Notes under the pieces: generated by a model
Databases searched by the model: none
The model's input: the letters and a program-made list of their open reading frames with translations, nothing else
What the model was told of the DNA's origin: nothing
Program-made: the position numbers and the translations under genes
DNA from: Trichoplax adhaerens
Lineage: Eukaryota > Animalia > Placozoa
Assembly (NCBI RefSeq): GCF_000150275.1
Contig: NW_002060945.1
Location: 6,935,607 to 6,999,606 of the forward strand
Direction: 5' to 3'
Length of the DNA: 64,000 nt
Shown: piece after piece, positions 62,330 to 64,000 of the stretch
How positions within the stretch are numbered: the first letter of the stretch is position 1
Layout of the letters: each line of letters begins with the position of its first letter

Positions 62330-62740
62330 TTTTTACTTTATATCTCAATTGTAGTGGTTTTAATAGTGCTACCTTGTTTTTCGCATTACTTCACAATCAC
62401 TTGTTACTTCTAATCTATAGTAGTAACTTTCAAGCTTACACTATTCATATTAATTAAAGAATCTATTTCTTAGTAAAATGCCATGTCTCAATCTCTGATG
62501 GTTACCAAATCTATTTTCTACCAATCTATTGCTGCTTTTTACTTCATATCTCAATTTTTGTAATTGTTCTAGCTGTTAGTACTACTTAGTTATGCGCATT
62601 ACTCTACAATCACTTATTGCTAATCTATAATAGTAACTTTCAAGCTCATAATATCCATATTAATGAAGAATCTAATTCTTCGTAAAACGCCATATCTTAA
62701 ATTCTGACGGATACTAAACCTATAATCCACCAATCTATCG
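62330..62740. repeat. Tandem duplication, 2 x about 206 bp
   Basis: TTTACTT.ATATCTCAATT, CGCATTACT..ACAATCACTT, CTAATCTATA.TAGTAACTTTCAAGCT and CACCAATCTAT-like blocks each occur twice. Confidence 0.88.
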
Positions 62741-64000
62741 AAACTCGCGTCGCAGATACTAAAAGTAATTAGATCCACTGCAACGAGGAAAAGATCATTT
62801 TTTCTTAGTGTTTCTTGCTATATATCCGCGTCCGTGACTAAGACTATTAATATACGATGCAAATTCTAAGAATAAATTCAATTTATTTACAGATTAATGA
62901 GAATATTAAATGTATCAATCATCATATTCAAGCATAATATGATAATATGCTGAGAACTACTATCATTAATATATCGTGATAATATACAAAAATTATGTGA
63001 ATAGCTATGGAACGTCCATCTATTTATTATGAGTTTCCTAAAAACAATTTTCTTCATGGTATTTCATGATTATCCCACTGGTTTGTCGTCACAGCTATAG
63101 GACGAAAAGTTTATACTATAAATAGTAAAATACTATCAATCGAGGCAAGATTCATTTTGTATTTCCCTTTCTTTTTCTATCCTTTTATGGCAAAAACTAA
63201 GAAATATATTTTAAAATAAATAATGTGAATAAGATCAATTCTAAAAAGGTCAAAAATAGATTGACAAACGCGGATAGCAGATATCAAACAGTCCATGATT
63301 ATTTATTTCTATAAAGATCCAAGCTATTGAATTACTTATTTATAACGATGACGATGTAGTGTCTATTCCGTAATAATAATATTATTAACAAATTTGCCAT
63401 TATAACCAAAGTCAATGATATAACAAAGAACATCAAAATATTAAAAATAGAATTTATAAAAAAAATTGATATTGACAACCGCATATTAGGATAAAGATAC
63501 TAGGATTGAGATATTTCATTCTAGGACATCAAGAAACAGTATCATCTCTGCTCCTACTTCAGTAATTAGAACTTTGTTTTATTGGGCCTTAACAGTGCTT
63601 CTCATTCTTTCTAAGATTTCTGCATCCGGATGCAATTTTTTCAAATTTAATAAATACGGATACATTAAATTGAATTTATTCCTCTGTTGACAAAGCTGCC
63701 TTATGAAATTAGAATGGCATAAGATGTTACTGCATTGAAATACTCTTTTATTTGCATCATAGAATATTAATCAATGCAATTTTATATTTTTTCTCTCAAT
63801 ACCATAGCGATAATGGTCAAAATTAGACCTGTTTACAATATGCGAATATTTGTATCTTTCTGTTTTTATCACTACCCAGGACATACATTTCTAAACTAGA
63901 GATCTTCAATTTACATATCGAATTTTAGATCACAGGTATTTATTACTCTTTTATTACATCAGTCTCCACCGTAGAAGCTACAGTTACATTATATCAATAT

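Noticed and set aside
63580-63770. About 60-codon open frame on the minus strand near the window end (YDANKRVFQCSNILCH...RSTVKAQ*)
   Set aside because: No convincing acceptor or start and no recognisable domain. Cannot be evaluated without flanking sequence.

Overview
Eukaryotic, AT-rich, gene-dense animal genomic DNA with many short GT-AG introns. The style fits a compact early-branching metazoan such as a placozoan (Trichoplax-like); that assignment is an inference, not verified. Nine protein-coding genes can be reconstructed by hand. These are two divergently oriented single-coding-exon GT31 beta-1,3-glycosyltransferases, USP6NL/RN-tre (TBC Rab-GAP, +), a compact YEATS2 (-), a divergent TM-less Bcl-2-family gene resembling the Bcl-G/BCL2L12/Bfk group (-), a spliced PhoD-family phosphatase with signal peptide and C-terminal TM (+), transportin-3 (-), GSKIP (+) and an EFCAB6-like multi-EF-hand protein (-). 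Non-coding sequence shows (a) dense palindromic CAGTA/TACTG/GTAC tracts at most inferred promoters, (b) several unrelated, locally arisen 120-350 bp tandem duplications, (c) a GC-rich multi-hairpin segment near 10.1-10.2 kb, (d) an RFX X-box upstream of EFCAB6, and (e) a spliced-looking but non-coding minus-strand segment at 23.9-25.0 kb. No rRNA, tRNA, CRISPR array or recognisable transposon ORF was seen. Top candidates for novelty are the Bcl-G-like protein with a tandem basophilic-kinase phospho-repeat and the CAGTA promoter-tract system.
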